Position numbers and translations under genes: made by a program. A stretch of 64,000 nt of DNA, from assembly GCA_041657405.1 (NCBI GenBank), contig JBBABX010000001.1, forward strand, positions 12,152 to 76,151, in the 5' to 3' direction. Below, in pieces: positions 49,867 through 60,333 of this stretch (position 1 is its first letter; each line of letters begins with the position of its first letter). The stretch is from Minisyncoccota bacterium. GTDB lineage: Bacteria; Patescibacteriota; Minisyncoccia; Phycocordibacterales; XYD1-FULL-46-19. The notes below the pieces were generated by a model. The model saw only the letters and a list, made by a program, of their open reading frames with translations. It did no database searches and was not told the DNA's origin.

Positions 49867-51825
49867 CTAAACATCAATGTAAAGATGGTCAGTCTCAAAG
49901 TCGGTAGCTGGGGAAGTAATTTGCATTGTGTCTGCATTATCAGCCGCACCAACATTGTAGTTTACCCCATAGAGCTGTACTCGGTAATAACCGTCAGCAG
50001 CCGGAGTAAGGGTAACTTGCAAAGTAAAGGTTTCAGTTTCACCTTGGTCAACTACGTAGTAATCGCCACTCTTGCTAGCAGTAGCAGAGTAGATAGCCGA
50101 AGTGGAAGCCAAACCAGCATCATTCAACATCATCGCAACACCAGTGGAATCTTCAACAGTGTAGATAACACCAGCATTTGTTGTAATTGTAGCAGTAGCG
50201 GCAGTCGGTCCAGTTGGAATGTAAATAGCATTCTCAAAAGCCGTCACGTCAAACTTGACGGTGTAAAGACCAATTTTACCACCAGCTGTATCACCATTAG
50301 TATCTTCAATCGTTGGAGTGGAGATAGTGTTAGCAGCAATAACAATACCAGTTGAGTGGAAAGCGTGGTATTTAGAGGAAGCGGCACCAGTCTTATCGGT
50401 ATTACCGACAAGATTACCTTTTTCGTCTTCAACATCCCAAGCATCCCAAGCATCATCGTTGTCAGGGTTAACACTAGCCATCAAGTTATCACCTTCGGTG
50501 AAGTATCCGTCTCCAATTTCATTGATGTCAACTTCAACAACAACCTCAACCGTGTCGCCAGCATCAATAACCAAATCAATATTGTCAAAGACAACAGTGG
50601 TGGTCGCAATAGTTGAAGAAGCAAGAGTTTCGGAGCCCATCACATCACCATCAACAACTAATTTAGCAGTATTGATGATATTGCTGACACCGGCACCGAC
50701 CGCGGTAAAGTCAACAGAAATATCGTTGACATAAAGGTCGGAATCACCTCGAGCTTCAAGTTTGAACGACAAAATTTCTTCATCGTCAGTCTCATCGGTT
50801 GTGCTAACCATGATAATGCGGGAATCATTGATAGCCGCGCTACCCTTGGTCAAACGGAGCTCCAAGTCAGAGGCAGAAGCAAAACCTTCAAAAGAGAAGG
50901 TGCGACCAGTGGCATCATTGATATCACCAGTATTGCTGTCATCAATAACTGCACCTAGACCATCACGATAACGAACAGACTCAAACTCAACAGTCCAAGT
51001 CTTGCCTTCGTCGGTAGAATCAAGATTAGAAACACCAGACAAGGCAACAACCAATTCACCGGTCTCGCCAGCACGAATAATCGCGCCACGATCCAAGGAA
51101 ACGGTTTTGTCATAATTGTTACGACGGGTAAATTCATCGGCGTCCAAGCGAGCAACTTCTTCGTCTTCAAACCAAATAGAAACCTCTTCCGCATAGCGGT
51201 CAAGATCTCTGGTTGCGGTTCCCTTGGAGAAGTTTAGGTTAACGGCGAGTAGTTCAAGGTCAGAATTGTCGTCAGCCTCAATAACAAGGCCAGCAACCTC
51301 AACATCATCTTTTCCTTCACCAACTTCTTCATTGCTCAATTTAGAAACATAATCAACGTCGTAAATTGAACCAGCGCCACCTTCCAAACCGGTGGAAACA
51401 TCGTCATCATCGTCATCATCACCAGCAGTAGAACCAGCGGTCAAGGTCGCATACATAGAGCGACTTTTAGGACCGAAGTAACCGGCAGCTGGGGCAACGC
51501 CATTGGCGGCTTGCCATTTGGCGACAGCGGCTTTGGTCAAGTTACCAAAATAACCGTAAGCAACGCCGACTGGCATCACGAGATAACCTTCATCTTCTAA
51601 ATATTTCTGCAGGATTTCAACTTGATCACCTTGGCTACCAATAGTTAGGTCCTTGGTGATAGTTCCAGTTGTAGATGAACCGCCAGACAAAGCAGAGATT
51701 TGCGCCTGCAATTGCGCAATCAAAGCTTGCAATTCTTCAACTGTCGCGGCTTTGGCGGTAGAAACACCAACCAAGGCGAAGATGAAGGCAGCAGCTACAA
51801 CTAGAGTAAGAATTCTTTTACTCAT
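49867..51825 (-). CDS. Large secreted surface protein with an N-terminal peptidoglycan-binding domain, a poly-Asp linker and a large beta-rich C-terminal region.
   Basis: A signal peptide, then a PG_binding_1-like segment (GSQGDQVEILQKYLEDEGYL...GYFGNLTKAAVAKWQAANGV), a D9 tract, and about 500 aa that are Thr/Val/Asp-rich. Confidence 0.5.
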   Translation of the reverse strand: MSKRILTLVVAAAFIFALVGVSTAKAATVEELQALIAQLQAQISALSGGSSTTGTITKDLTIGSQGDQVEILQKYLEDEGYLVMPVGVAYGYFGNLTKAAVAKWQAANGVAPAAGYFGPKSRSMYATLTAGSTAGDDDDDDDVSTGLEGGAGSIYDVDYVSKLSNEEVGEGKDDVEVAGLVIEADDNSDLELLAVNLNFSKGTATRDLDRYAEEVSIWFEDEEVARLDADEFTRRNNYDKTVSLDRGAIIRAGETGELVVALSGVSNLDSTDEGKTWTVEFESVRYRDGLGAVIDDSNTGDINDATGRTFSFEGFASASDLELRLTKGSAAINDSRIIMVSTTDETDDEEILSFKLEARGDSDLYVNDISVDFTAVGAGVSNIINTAKLVVDGDVMGSETLASSTIATTTVVFDNIDLVIDAGDTVEVVVEVDINEIGDGYFTEGDNLMASVNPDNDDAWDAWDVEDEKGNLVGNTDKTGAASSKYHAFHSTGIVIAANTISTPTIEDTNGDTAGGKIGLYTVKFDVTAFENAIYIPTGPTAATATITTNAGVIYTVEDSTGVAMMLNDAGLASTSAIYSATASKSGDYYVVDQGETETFTLQVTLTPAADGYYRVQLYGVNYNVGAADNADTMQITSPATDFETDHLYIDV

Positions 51826-52445
51826 AATATATAATGTAACTAATAAACTTACTTATAATAACTAATAATAATAATTTTGTGTTGGTTGTTCGTACACCTC
51901 GACACCAACCAGCGAGATAACAATTTAATTTAATTGATATTTCGCTGGTTAGTGTCAAAGCAAATAAAAACAACCACGAGAAGATTGTTCGACCAAACCT
52001 TCTCAATGTCTTGACTAAATTTTGGAAAGACAAAAATTAAAACAGAAAACTTTCGGATATTCAATTTTCAAAGGGCAATTATCCAAATTATAGCAACTTT
52101 GTCGTATCTTTCGCAAAACAATCAATGTGGATAACTAAACAAGAGTTTTTTGAAAAAACACTTGTTTTACCCCATTTAAAACGTCTTGCAACATCAATTG
52201 TGACAAACCAACTATCGCTGATATTATACTAAAAATAGAACAGTAGTCAAACAAAAATTATCTATCAGGAATAAGATTTGTTAAATTAATAAAACTCAAC
52301 AAACAACAAATACGAATCAATGGAGTAATAATGAATCCATTGTTTAAATTTTAGGAGAAAATTAAAACCCATTTGTAAAAGACAAAACTTCAATTTCATT
52401 TTTTTGACCTTTACAGACTTTTGGGGTTAAATTCAAAATTTAAAT

Positions 52446-53288
52446 TTAAGCCAAGAGATATCGGCTCCATCGTCGGTCTCCTTTTTTCTTTAGAATTCCT
52501 TTCTGTACCAAGTCAGCTAATTCACGTTGAATTGTTTTAGTGCTACAATCTGAAATCGCATCAGAAATGTCTTTTATAGAAGTCCAACTCTTTCCGCGAA
52601 GGAAAGTGATAATTTCATTGCGTCGAGTATTTTTGCTTACTAAACGACGCCCCTTTTTAACCCCTTCTTGATTAGAAATGTCCTTTTCATCCAAATTTGG
52701 TGTCCTTTTTATTTTCTCGGACATAAAATTATTAAGCCGGGTATTATCTATAGCGGTCGGAAAATGCCCCAAGCTCCTGGTTTGACCATCAACTGGATAT
52801 TTCTCTTTAGCTTCCAAAAGCAATTGCAAAGCTTCCTCTGGTCCAACGATTTCCTTTAAACCGCAACCTAGCCGAGTAGAGATATTTTTACTTAACTGAC
52901 TAAACTCATTTCGTAAAATTGTTAAATTCATTTCTGAAGAAAAACTTGCCGCCAACGCGACTTCCAACAAATTGATGATTTGATCTAGACGATTAAGGAC
53001 AGCTTCCAAAACAGAAATTTTAAATAATGGGGAGATCTGTCCTTCAGCTGATAAGCCATTGGCTAAACCGGTTGTCGGAACCAAAAGACTGGTCTCCGAA
53101 AGAAACTCAAGGACAGATTCTCTAAGACGCCATTTTAAGGGTTCACTTTCAGGGATGAGTGAGGTTATCAAATAAGTAGCCTGGACAAGCTTTTTTGATT
53201 TGAGATAAACAAACTTCAAAAAACGCTGGTCTATCCCCTGACCCATATTATTGTCTTTTATATTATTGTCTTTTTCTTTATCAGTCAT
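52446..53288 (-). CDS. Hypothetical protein with a C-terminal winged-helix DNA-binding domain.
   Basis: The C-terminus WTSIKDISDAISDCSTKTIQRELADLVQKGILKKKGDRRWSRY is wHTH-like. The N-terminal 200 aa are uncharacterised. Confidence 0.3.
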   Translation of the reverse strand: MTDKEKDNNIKDNNMGQGIDQRFLKFVYLKSKKLVQATYLITSLIPESEPLKWRLRESVLEFLSETSLLVPTTGLANGLSAEGQISPLFKISVLEAVLNRLDQIINLLEVALAASFSSEMNLTILRNEFSQLSKNISTRLGCGLKEIVGPEEALQLLLEAKEKYPVDGQTRSLGHFPTAIDNTRLNNFMSEKIKRTPNLDEKDISNQEGVKKGRRLVSKNTRRNEIITFLRGKSWTSIKDISDAISDCSTKTIQRELADLVQKGILKKKGDRRWSRYLLA

Positions 53289-53618
53289 AACAATATTATA
53301 GTCTTTTAAAAATAGTCCTTTTAAATTTTAAGGTCATTTTAACTCTACCTCAAAAGACATAAAATGTCCATTAAAGCTCTCTCTAAATCAAGTTTCATAA
53401 ATCTCAAGATTGCTCTGGTGAAACTAAACAAAATCCAGACAACTGCAACAATATCTGCTCCTCCTAGAATTTCTCTAATCACAAAAAACATAGGAAGAGT
53501 TGAAAGATTTAGAGATTGAACAAAATTAAATGATTTTTATAAATAAATAGTTATCCACAGGCAACTTAATCTTTTAGACCAACCTGAAATTTTTATCCGC
53601 CTCTGTTATAATTGAGAA

Positions 53619-55871
53619 ATGAGAAAACGAAAAAAAAATCAAACTAAAAGAGAAGCCAGGAGTTCCGCCAGAGAAAGAGAATATGATGACCAATCAAGAG
53701 CCAACCTAAAAGACGAGACTAAAAAAGCAATCCTTGCAGTGATATTTTTTGCTAGCTCCATATTTTTTATTCTTTCTTGCTTTGATATTGCCGGACCAGC
53801 CGGACAAATAATTTACAATCTTTTCTATAAATTATTTGGCAATGGTGCTCTCTTGTTGCCAATCCTTTTGATTCTTTTGGGAGTCTATCTGCTTCGTTCA
53901 TTAAAGTTCAGTTTGTCATTTAGTCGTATTGTTGGCGGTTTAATATTTTTTTTGGCCAGCTTGGGAATAATCCAGACCATTGTCGGCGAGACCAGCGGAG
54001 GTGTTATTGGCAAGCTTCTGGCTTCTCCGCTTTTACGTTATTTTGATTTTTATGCTAGTTTAATATTTTTGGCAGCCCTGATTCTTATTTCTCTGATTAT
54101 CACTTTTGATTCCCATCAAATTCTTGGATTTGGTTTATGGCAAAAATTCTTCAAGAAAAAGATTGGCGAAGAAGATGAGGACGAAATGGAAACGACCAAA
54201 TTAGATTATTCGGAACAAGAAATGTTGACCGAAAAAGACAAAAAAGAAACAGAACCCGAAAAAGAAAAACAAGAAAAAGAGGAACCAAAAGAAATCAAAA
54301 TAAAAGATAGTGGTTTATTAAGCGGAGTTTCTTTTTTCAACAAAAAAACAAAAACCGGAGCCTTTACTCCTCCACCAATATCTTTGCTTGAGCAAGACAG
54401 TGGCAAACCGAATGCCGGCGATATCAAGGCTAATGCCAACATCATCAAGCGCACTCTTTCTAACTTTGGAATTAGTGTCGAGATGGATGAAGTTTCAATT
54501 GGTCCAACAGTTACTCGTTATGCCCTCAAGCCAGCCGAAGGAATGAAACTCTCACGAATAGTCGCCTTACAAAACGATTTGGCTCTTTCTTTGGCCGCCC
54601 ACCCACTTCGGATAGAAGCACCTATTCCTGGTAAATCCTTAGTCGGAATTGAAATCCCAAACAAAATTAAAGCAACTATCCGCCTAGCTTCCTTGCTCTC
54701 TTCCAATGACTTTACAGAATCACATCACCCACTCTATGTGGCGTTGGGTCGCGACATCTCCGGTCAACCACGCTTTACCAATATCGCCAAAGCGCCTCAT
54801 TTATTGATTGCTGGCGCAACTGGTTCAGGTAAATCAGTCACCATTCACACAATTATCACCTCTCTTCTTTACCGTAATCAACCAGAAAAAATGCGTTTTA
54901 TTATGATTGACCCCAAGCGCGTTGAACTTACTCTCTACAATAAAATCCCTCATCTTTTAACACCAGTCATTACTGACTCCAAAAAGGCCATCGCGGCTCT
55001 TCGGTGGTTAGCCAAAGAAATGGATCGCCGTTACGATATCTTGGAAGCTGAGGCTGTCCGCGATATCCAGTCTTACCACAAAAACGTAGTCAATCCGGCC
55101 TTGGCAAAAGCTGAGAAAGAAACAACAACTGCCGATAAAGAGACCCCAGAAGCTGAGGAAATTGAACAAATGCCTTATATTGTGGTTATTATTGACGAAT
55201 TGGCTGATATTATGACTGCTTACCCGCGTGAATTAGAAGCTGCCATCGTGCGTTTGGCTCAAATGTCTCGAGCTGTCGGAATTCATTTGGTTTTGTCCAC
55301 CCAGCGACCATCAGTAGAAGTTATTACCGGTTTGATTAAAGCCAATATTCCCTCTCGAATTGCACTTCAAGTTGCTTCACAAATTGACTCGCGAACTATC
55401 TTGGATATGGCAGGAGCTGAAAAACTCCTAGGGGCTGGTGATATGCTTTATATCTCTGGCGAAATGTCCAAACCTGTTCGTATTCAATCGGCTTTTATTT
55501 CTGAAGACGAAGTAAAGAGAGTCTCAACCTACTTAGCTAAACACTACGCTGACAATCCCCCATTAGATTTAAATTTGGGAACCGAAGGAACTAACGGTGG
55601 CTCACCTTTGTTCAATGCTTCTTTTGGCGAAAGTGACACTGATGATGAATTATATGAAGACGCCAGAGAAGCTGTTATCCAAGCTGGTAAAGCTTCTGCC
55701 TCTTACCTTCAACGTAAATTAAAAGTCGGTTATGCTCGTGCCGCCCGTCTATTGGATATGCTGGAAGAACGTGGAGTAATTGGTCCAGGGGAAGGAGCTA
55801 AGCCGCGAGAAGTTTATAATAGCCAAGAAGCAATGTTAACAGACGAAACCACCAGCGATGATATGCTATAA
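53619..55871 (+). CDS. ftsK: DNA translocase FtsK/SpoIIIE.
   Basis: N-terminal TM segments, a linker, the ATPase Walker A LIAGATGSGKSV, a DEL Walker B, and the C-terminal gamma wHTH (YLQRKLKVGYARAARLLDMLEERGVIGP). Confidence 0.85.
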   Translation: MRKRKKNQTKREARSSAREREYDDQSRANLKDETKKAILAVIFFASSIFFILSCFDIAGPAGQIIYNLFYKLFGNGALLLPILLILLGVYLLRSLKFSLSFSRIVGGLIFFLASLGIIQTIVGETSGGVIGKLLASPLLRYFDFYASLIFLAALILISLIITFDSHQILGFGLWQKFFKKKIGEEDEDEMETTKLDYSEQEMLTEKDKKETEPEKEKQEKEEPKEIKIKDSGLLSGVSFFNKKTKTGAFTPPPISLLEQDSGKPNAGDIKANANIIKRTLSNFGISVEMDEVSIGPTVTRYALKPAEGMKLSRIVALQNDLALSLAAHPLRIEAPIPGKSLVGIEIPNKIKATIRLASLLSSNDFTESHHPLYVALGRDISGQPRFTNIAKAPHLLIAGATGSGKSVTIHTIITSLLYRNQPEKMRFIMIDPKRVELTLYNKIPHLLTPVITDSKKAIAALRWLAKEMDRRYDILEAEAVRDIQSYHKNVVNPALAKAEKETTTADKETPEAEEIEQMPYIVVIIDELADIMTAYPRELEAAIVRLAQMSRAVGIHLVLSTQRPSVEVITGLIKANIPSRIALQVASQIDSRTILDMAGAEKLLGAGDMLYISGEMSKPVRIQSAFISEDEVKRVSTYLAKHYADNPPLDLNLGTEGTNGGSPLFNASFGESDTDDELYEDAREAVIQAGKASASYLQRKLKVGYARAARLLDMLEERGVIGPGEGAKPREVYNSQEAMLTDETTSDDML

Positions 55872-55882
55872 TTAAAAAGAAA

Positions 55883-56242
55883 ATGACTCCAAAATTAAAA
55901 GAAAAAATATCCGCTAAAACTATTGTCGTTTTTTTAATTGTAGCGATTATTTTGATTTATTCCAGTCTAAAGTTTAAAGACTTGATTTCCGGACCAGAGA
56001 TTGTTCTCTACTCCCCTAATGACGGTTCTAGTTTGGAAGATGAGTTGATAAATATCAAGGGTCGCGCTGACCGCATCACTAAGATATATCTAAATGGTCG
56101 CAAAATTTTTACTGACCAAAATGGCAATTTTGAAGAATCTTTGCTTCTTTCTAATGGTTATAATTTTTTTGAGCTAAAAGCAGAAGACAAGTTTGGTCGC
56201 GAGATAGTAAAAAAGTTGCAGTTGGTATATGACAAGAGTTAA
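55883..56242 (+). CDS. Hypothetical small membrane-anchored protein.
   Basis: 119 aa with an N-terminal TM and no motif. Confidence 0.3.
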   Translation: MTPKLKEKISAKTIVVFLIVAIILIYSSLKFKDLISGPEIVLYSPNDGSSLEDELINIKGRADRITKIYLNGRKIFTDQNGNFEESLLLSNGYNFFELKAEDKFGREIVKKLQLVYDKS

Positions 56243-56346
56243 ACAGACCCCCTAAAAAAGAGATTACAAACAAATTAAGTTTAAAAACTGATAATTAAAA
56301 AATTGTTTTTAAACTTAAATAATTCACAAATTGACATTTTACAATT

Positions 56347-57420
56347 ATGGCAAAGAAAATAAGAGAGAAGAAAACAACAGGTAGCGATATTATTGACACC
56401 ATAAAAGCCATCCAAAGCAAATTTGGCGATGAAGCGATTATGAAACTTGGCGATAAACCCAAGGTCGGCATCGACGCTGTGCCAACTGGCTCCCTTGCCC
56501 TTGACGCTGCTTTGGGAGTCGGCGGAGTCCCCCGTGGTAGAATTGTGGAAATATTTGGACCAGAATCTTCTGGTAAAACCACTTTGGCCTTGCATATTGT
56601 AGCTCAAGCTCAGAAAAATGGCGGAATTTGTGCTTTTATTGATGCTGAACACGCCCTTGACCCAGAATACTCCAAGCGAATAGGCGTTCAAGTAGAAGAC
56701 TTGCTTATCTCTCAACCAGATTACGGAGAACAAGCCTTAGAAATCGCCGAGAGTTTGGTTCGTTCTGGCAAACTTGATGTAGTTGTTATAGATTCTGTCG
56801 CCGCCCTCACCCCTAAAGATGAGATTGAAGGCGATGTTGGTGAATATCACGTCGGCAAACAAGCACGTTTAATGTCACAAGCCCTGCGTAAGATGACTTC
56901 TATTGTTGGTCGCAGTAAAACGGTGGTAATTTTTATCAACCAGATTCGTATGCAAATCGGCGTAATGTTTGGAAACCCAGAGACCACTCCAGGCGGAAAG
57001 GCTTTAAAATTTTATTCTTCAGTTCGTTTAGACGTTCGCCGAATTGCTCAAATAAAAAAAGGTGATGAAGTAATCGGCGGACGAATCAGAGTCAAGGTAG
57101 TAAAAAATAAAGTGGCGGCGCCATTTCGTCAAGCCGAATTTGACCTTCTTTATCGAGAAGGAATCTCTCCCGAAGGAGAGCTTTTGGCCATTGGGGAAAA
57201 ATACGGTTTAATCAAAAAATCAGGCGCTTCTTATTCTTATACCCCGGACAACAAAACTGCTCACGAAATAAAGTTGGGTCGCGGTTATGACGCCGCCAGA
57301 CAATATTTAAGGGGAAACCAAGATTTGAAACAAGAAATAATGGAAAAAGTAAAAGAGGAACTCTTAAATACCGAGGACGATTCCAACGAAGAACCGATCG
57401 GCCCGAGTAAGGAAGAATAA
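56347..57420 (+). CDS. recA: Recombinase RecA.
   Basis: [19 protein letters not shown], the L2 loop and the full-length RecA fold. Confidence 0.95.
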   Translation: MAKKIREKKTTGSDIIDTIKAIQSKFGDEAIMKLGDKPKVGIDAVPTGSLALDAALGVGGVPRGRIVEIFGPESSGKTTLALHIVAQAQKNGGICAFIDAEHALDPEYSKRIGVQVEDLLISQPDYGEQALEIAESLVRSGKLDVVVIDSVAALTPKDEIEGDVGEYHVGKQARLMSQALRKMTSIVGRSKTVVIFINQIRMQIGVMFGNPETTPGGKALKFYSSVRLDVRRIAQIKKGDEVIGGRIRVKVVKNKVAAPFRQAEFDLLYREGISPEGELLAIGEKYGLIKKSGASYSYTPDNKTAHEIKLGRGYDAARQYLRGNQDLKQEIMEKVKEELLNTEDDSNEEPIGPSKEE

Positions 57421-57487
57421 AAAAATTAATTAATTATTATTCCTAAAACTGGACAATTTAAATTATTTTAGTTAGTATCTGAAAATT

Positions 57488-58051
57488 ATGTTGGAATATA
57501 ATGAAATAAAACCAAGAAAATTTATCGTGTTTGAAGGAGAGCCTTTTGAGATTTTGACTTCTCATGTTTTTCGCAAACAACAACGGAAACCAATCAATGC
57601 CGTCAAAATGCGCAATTTGGTCACCGGTAAAGTCATTGAAAACTCTTTCCACCAAAGCGAAAAAGTTGAGGAAGCAGAGTTGGAACGTCGACCTATTAAA
57701 TATCTTTATGAAAATCGCGGACAATATTGGTTTTCCGAAGCAGACAACCCAAGCAAACGTTTTGAAATCCCCGCCGAAACAGTGACAGATAAAATAAAAT
57801 TTATCCGACAAAATGAAGTGATTGAAATATTATCCTTTGACGGCAAAGCCTTGGGAATAGAAGTGCCAATCAAGGTAGAATTAAAGGTGACAGATGCTCC
57901 CCCGACCATTAAAGGCAACACCGCTCAAGGAGGTCTAAAGCAAATCACCTTAGAAACTGGTCTTGTCATCAACGCGCCAATGTTTATCAACGAAGGCGAC
58001 ATCGTAAGAGTAAACACTGAAACCAAAGAATACGTAGAAAGAGTTAATTGA
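57488..58051 (+). CDS. efp: Translation elongation factor P.
   Basis: 187 aa. The KPGKG-equivalent region and the three OB domains match EF-P (VFRKQQRKPINAVKMRNLVTGKV). Confidence 0.85.
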   Translation: MLEYNEIKPRKFIVFEGEPFEILTSHVFRKQQRKPINAVKMRNLVTGKVIENSFHQSEKVEEAELERRPIKYLYENRGQYWFSEADNPSKRFEIPAETVTDKIKFIRQNEVIEILSFDGKALGIEVPIKVELKVTDAPPTIKGNTAQGGLKQITLETGLVINAPMFINEGDIVRVNTETKEYVERVN

Positions 58052-58071
58052 TTCTTTTTAAGCTATTTTTT

Positions 58072-58100
58072 AAACGCTCCAGACGGATGATGAAGCGTTT
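58072..58100. repeat. Copy 2 of the 28-29 nt motif, aaacgctccagacggatgatgaagcgttt. Copy 1 is at 10283..10310.
   Basis: 27 of 29 nt identical to copy 1. It lies between the efp stop and the strong terminator. Confidence 0.5.
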
Positions 58101-58122
58101 ATTTTATAAAAAATGAAAAATC

Positions 58123-58150
58123 AAAAAAAAACGCTTAGAAGCGTTTTTTT
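58123..58150. terminator. Bidirectional rho-independent terminator (A-run-aaacgctt-ag-aagcgttt-T-run) between efp (+) and rpsR (-).
   Basis: An inverted repeat flanked by A9 and T7. Confidence 0.55.
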
Positions 58151-58176
58151 ATCTTTCTTATTTTTTAAAAACAAGA

Positions 58177-58386
58177 CTAACCTTCAATAAAAGGCAAGAG
58201 AGCCAAAAAACGAGCTTGTTTTATTGCCGCGGCTAATTGTCGCTGATGTTTGGCGCAAACACCAGTCCGTCGATGTTTATTGATGCGTCCATGCGTATCC
58301 AAAAAACCTTTTAGGGTTTCTATATCTTTGTAGTTAACACTCTTAGCCTTACCGGTGCAGAAATGACATTGTTTGTTTATAATCAT
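58177..58386 (-). CDS. rpsR: 30S ribosomal protein S18.
   Basis: CHFCTGKAKSVNYKDIETLKGFL...GRINKHRRTGVCAKHQRQLAAAIKQARFLALLP. Confidence 0.85.
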   Translation of the reverse strand: MIINKQCHFCTGKAKSVNYKDIETLKGFLDTHGRINKHRRTGVCAKHQRQLAAAIKQARFLALLPFIEG

Positions 58387-58417
58387 AAAATAAATAGGTA
58401 TTTTCTAAATTCTAATT

Positions 58418-58888
58418 TTAAAATGGAATATCGTCTGGATTAATTTCTTCTTCTGGATATTGAATCGTCTCTAATTCAGAAGAAGATGGCGTTGGCACAT
58501 TTCCAGTTCCAGCCTTTTCAGTTGGGGTAGATTGTCCAAATTCAGACGAAGAACTACCTTCGCGTTTGGGGCCAAATTGGAAATTGTCAATAATTACTTC
58601 CGTGCGATATTTTTTACTGCCATCTGATGCATCCCAGCTTCTAGTTTGCATCCGACCTTCAACCATAATATTACTCCCCTTTCTCATATATTGAGCAATT
58701 GTTTCAGCTTGAGGACCAAAAGCCACACAATTGTGAAATTGAGTATCTTCTTGTCTAACACCATTTTTGTCTTTCCAATAACGAGTGGTGGCAACCGCAA
58801 AATTAACGACTGTTGCTCCCGATGGCAAAGCCCTTCTTTCGGGGTCACGGGTCAAATTTCCAATAATGAAAGCTTTATTTAAATACAT
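58418..58888 (-). CDS. ssb: Single-stranded DNA-binding protein.
   Basis: An OB fold (LNKAFIIGNLTRDPE...WKDKNG...HNCVAFG) and an acidic tail ending DDIPF, sitting between rpsF and rpsR. Confidence 0.85.
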   Translation of the reverse strand: MYLNKAFIIGNLTRDPERRALPSGATVVNFAVATTRYWKDKNGVRQEDTQFHNCVAFGPQAETIAQYMRKGSNIMVEGRMQTRSWDASDGSKKYRTEVIIDNFQFGPKREGSSSSEFGQSTPTEKAGTGNVPTPSSSELETIQYPEEEINPDDIPF

Positions 58889-58898
58889 ATATTAATGA

Positions 58899-59426
58899 TT
58901 AATTAGCAGGCTCTTCAAGTAACTCATTAATTTCTTTGTCTATATCTTCTTTAGACATTTCCTGATTTTTTTCTGGTTCCTCTTCTTTTTCCCGTCTTTC
59001 AATTTCAAAAGGCTGAGCTTGAGTTTCTCGGCGTTGATAAGTTCTCTTGGGAATAATGATTGTTTCTTCGTCTTTGGGCATATTGATAATAAGATAACGA
59101 ATTATTTTATTATCTTTATCTAAATTTCCTTTCAACGTTACTAATTTGTCAGGCATAAGTTTAAAGCGCAGAGCCCCAAAATAAGCATCATTGAAACGTT
59201 CCTTTTTGTTAGAAATATTCTTTTTAATGGTATAAGCTAAACGAATCATTGAAGGATTCATTTCGCTAGTAATCAAACCACCAAGTTCGTCAATTAAAAC
59301 TTTTAAAATTTGAGTAATATTTTCAGCCAAGGCATCTTGAGGAATAATCGGGGTCAAAAGATACCCAATTTCATAAATCCTTGGTTCTTGTTGGTCTAAA
59401 TTTTCATCTTTTACTGTTTCATCCAT
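58899..59426 (-). CDS. rpsF: 30S ribosomal protein S6 with N- and C-terminal extensions.
   Basis: YEIGYLLTP...GGLITSEMNPSMIRLAYTI matches the S6 core, in the conserved rpsF-ssb-rpsR order. Confidence 0.65.
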   Translation of the reverse strand: MDETVKDENLDQQEPRIYEIGYLLTPIIPQDALAENITQILKVLIDELGGLITSEMNPSMIRLAYTIKKNISNKKERFNDAYFGALRFKLMPDKLVTLKGNLDKDNKIIRYLIINMPKDEETIIIPKRTYQRRETQAQPFEIERREKEEEPEKNQEMSKEDIDKEINELLEEPAN

Positions 59427-59508
59427 ACAGGGGTCATATTATCAACTTGTAAGCCAAAAGTCAAACAATTAAACGCTAAAAGGGGTTTTGCCCCTTTACC
59501 GTAAAATT

Positions 59509-60315
59509 TTATATCTTATAAAAATTCTTAGCGTTCTTAACCAAAGTAGAAAGAACTTCTTCTTTTAGTTCAGATCTTAAATCAGCTATTTTTTCAGCCA
59601 CATATTTAACATAAGCAGGCTCGTTCCGTTTGCCCCTAAAAGGAATTGGAGAAGCAAAAGGAGCGTCGGTTTCAGATAAAAGACGCTGAAGCGGAATTTT
59701 TTGAATAATTTCATTATATTGTTCAGAAAAAGTTATCACTCCTGAAAAAGATAAATACCCTCCTAAAGTTAAAAATTTTTGCGCGATTGACCAATCGCCG
59801 GCAAAAAAATGTATGTTAAAAATCGGCAATTTTTTTACCTGAGAGTATTCCTCCAAAATATCAAACAAATCTTCGTAGGCATCCATAGTATTTATTGACG
59901 GCCGACAATGAATCATCAAGGGTTTTTGGACAGTTTGGGCCAAATTAATATGTTTTTTAAATAATTCTTTTTGGATTGCATTATTTTTTATTTCATTTTG
60001 GTGAAAATAGTCAAGACCGCATTCACCGATCGCGACAACTTTTGAGTTATCAGCCAAAAGTTCAATTTGGTTAAAATCATCCGCGTTGCCATCTGTTGGA
60101 TGTAAACCCACCGAACAAAAACCGACAACACCAAAATAATCAGTCTGCGCAATGGCTTCTTGGGATGATTTTAAGTCGGTTGCAATATTAACGAAACCAA
60201 CACCTGCTTTTAAAGCCCTATCCCCCGCTTCGCGCCAATCTTTTTCAAATTGGAAACTTAAGTGGGTGTGAACATCAAAATAAGAAAAGGAGTTATGATT
60301 GTGAAATTTGAGCAT
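59509..60315 (-). CDS. tatD: TatD-family metal-dependent hydrolase (DNase).
   Basis: FDVHTHL at the N-terminus, a TIM-barrel with His/Glu/Asp ligands (ETDAPF), and a position downstream of metG as in many bacteria. Confidence 0.75.
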   Translation of the reverse strand: MLKFHNHNSFSYFDVHTHLSFQFEKDWREAGDRALKAGVGFVNIATDLKSSQEAIAQTDYFGVVGFCSVGLHPTDGNADDFNQIELLADNSKVVAIGECGLDYFHQNEIKNNAIQKELFKKHINLAQTVQKPLMIHCRPSINTMDAYEDLFDILEEYSQVKKLPIFNIHFFAGDWSIAQKFLTLGGYLSFSGVITFSEQYNEIIQKIPLQRLLSETDAPFASPIPFRGKRNEPAYVKYVAEKIADLRSELKEEVLSTLVKNAKNFYKI

Positions 60316-60333
60316 AAAAACCTAAAAGAATTT

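Noticed and set aside
51866-52445. The 580 bp AT-rich non-coding region as oriC.
   Set aside because: Only one perfect and a few degenerate DnaA boxes are present. There is no dnaA or dnaN nearby, and ftsK and recA are not origin markers. Evidence is insufficient without GC-skew data.
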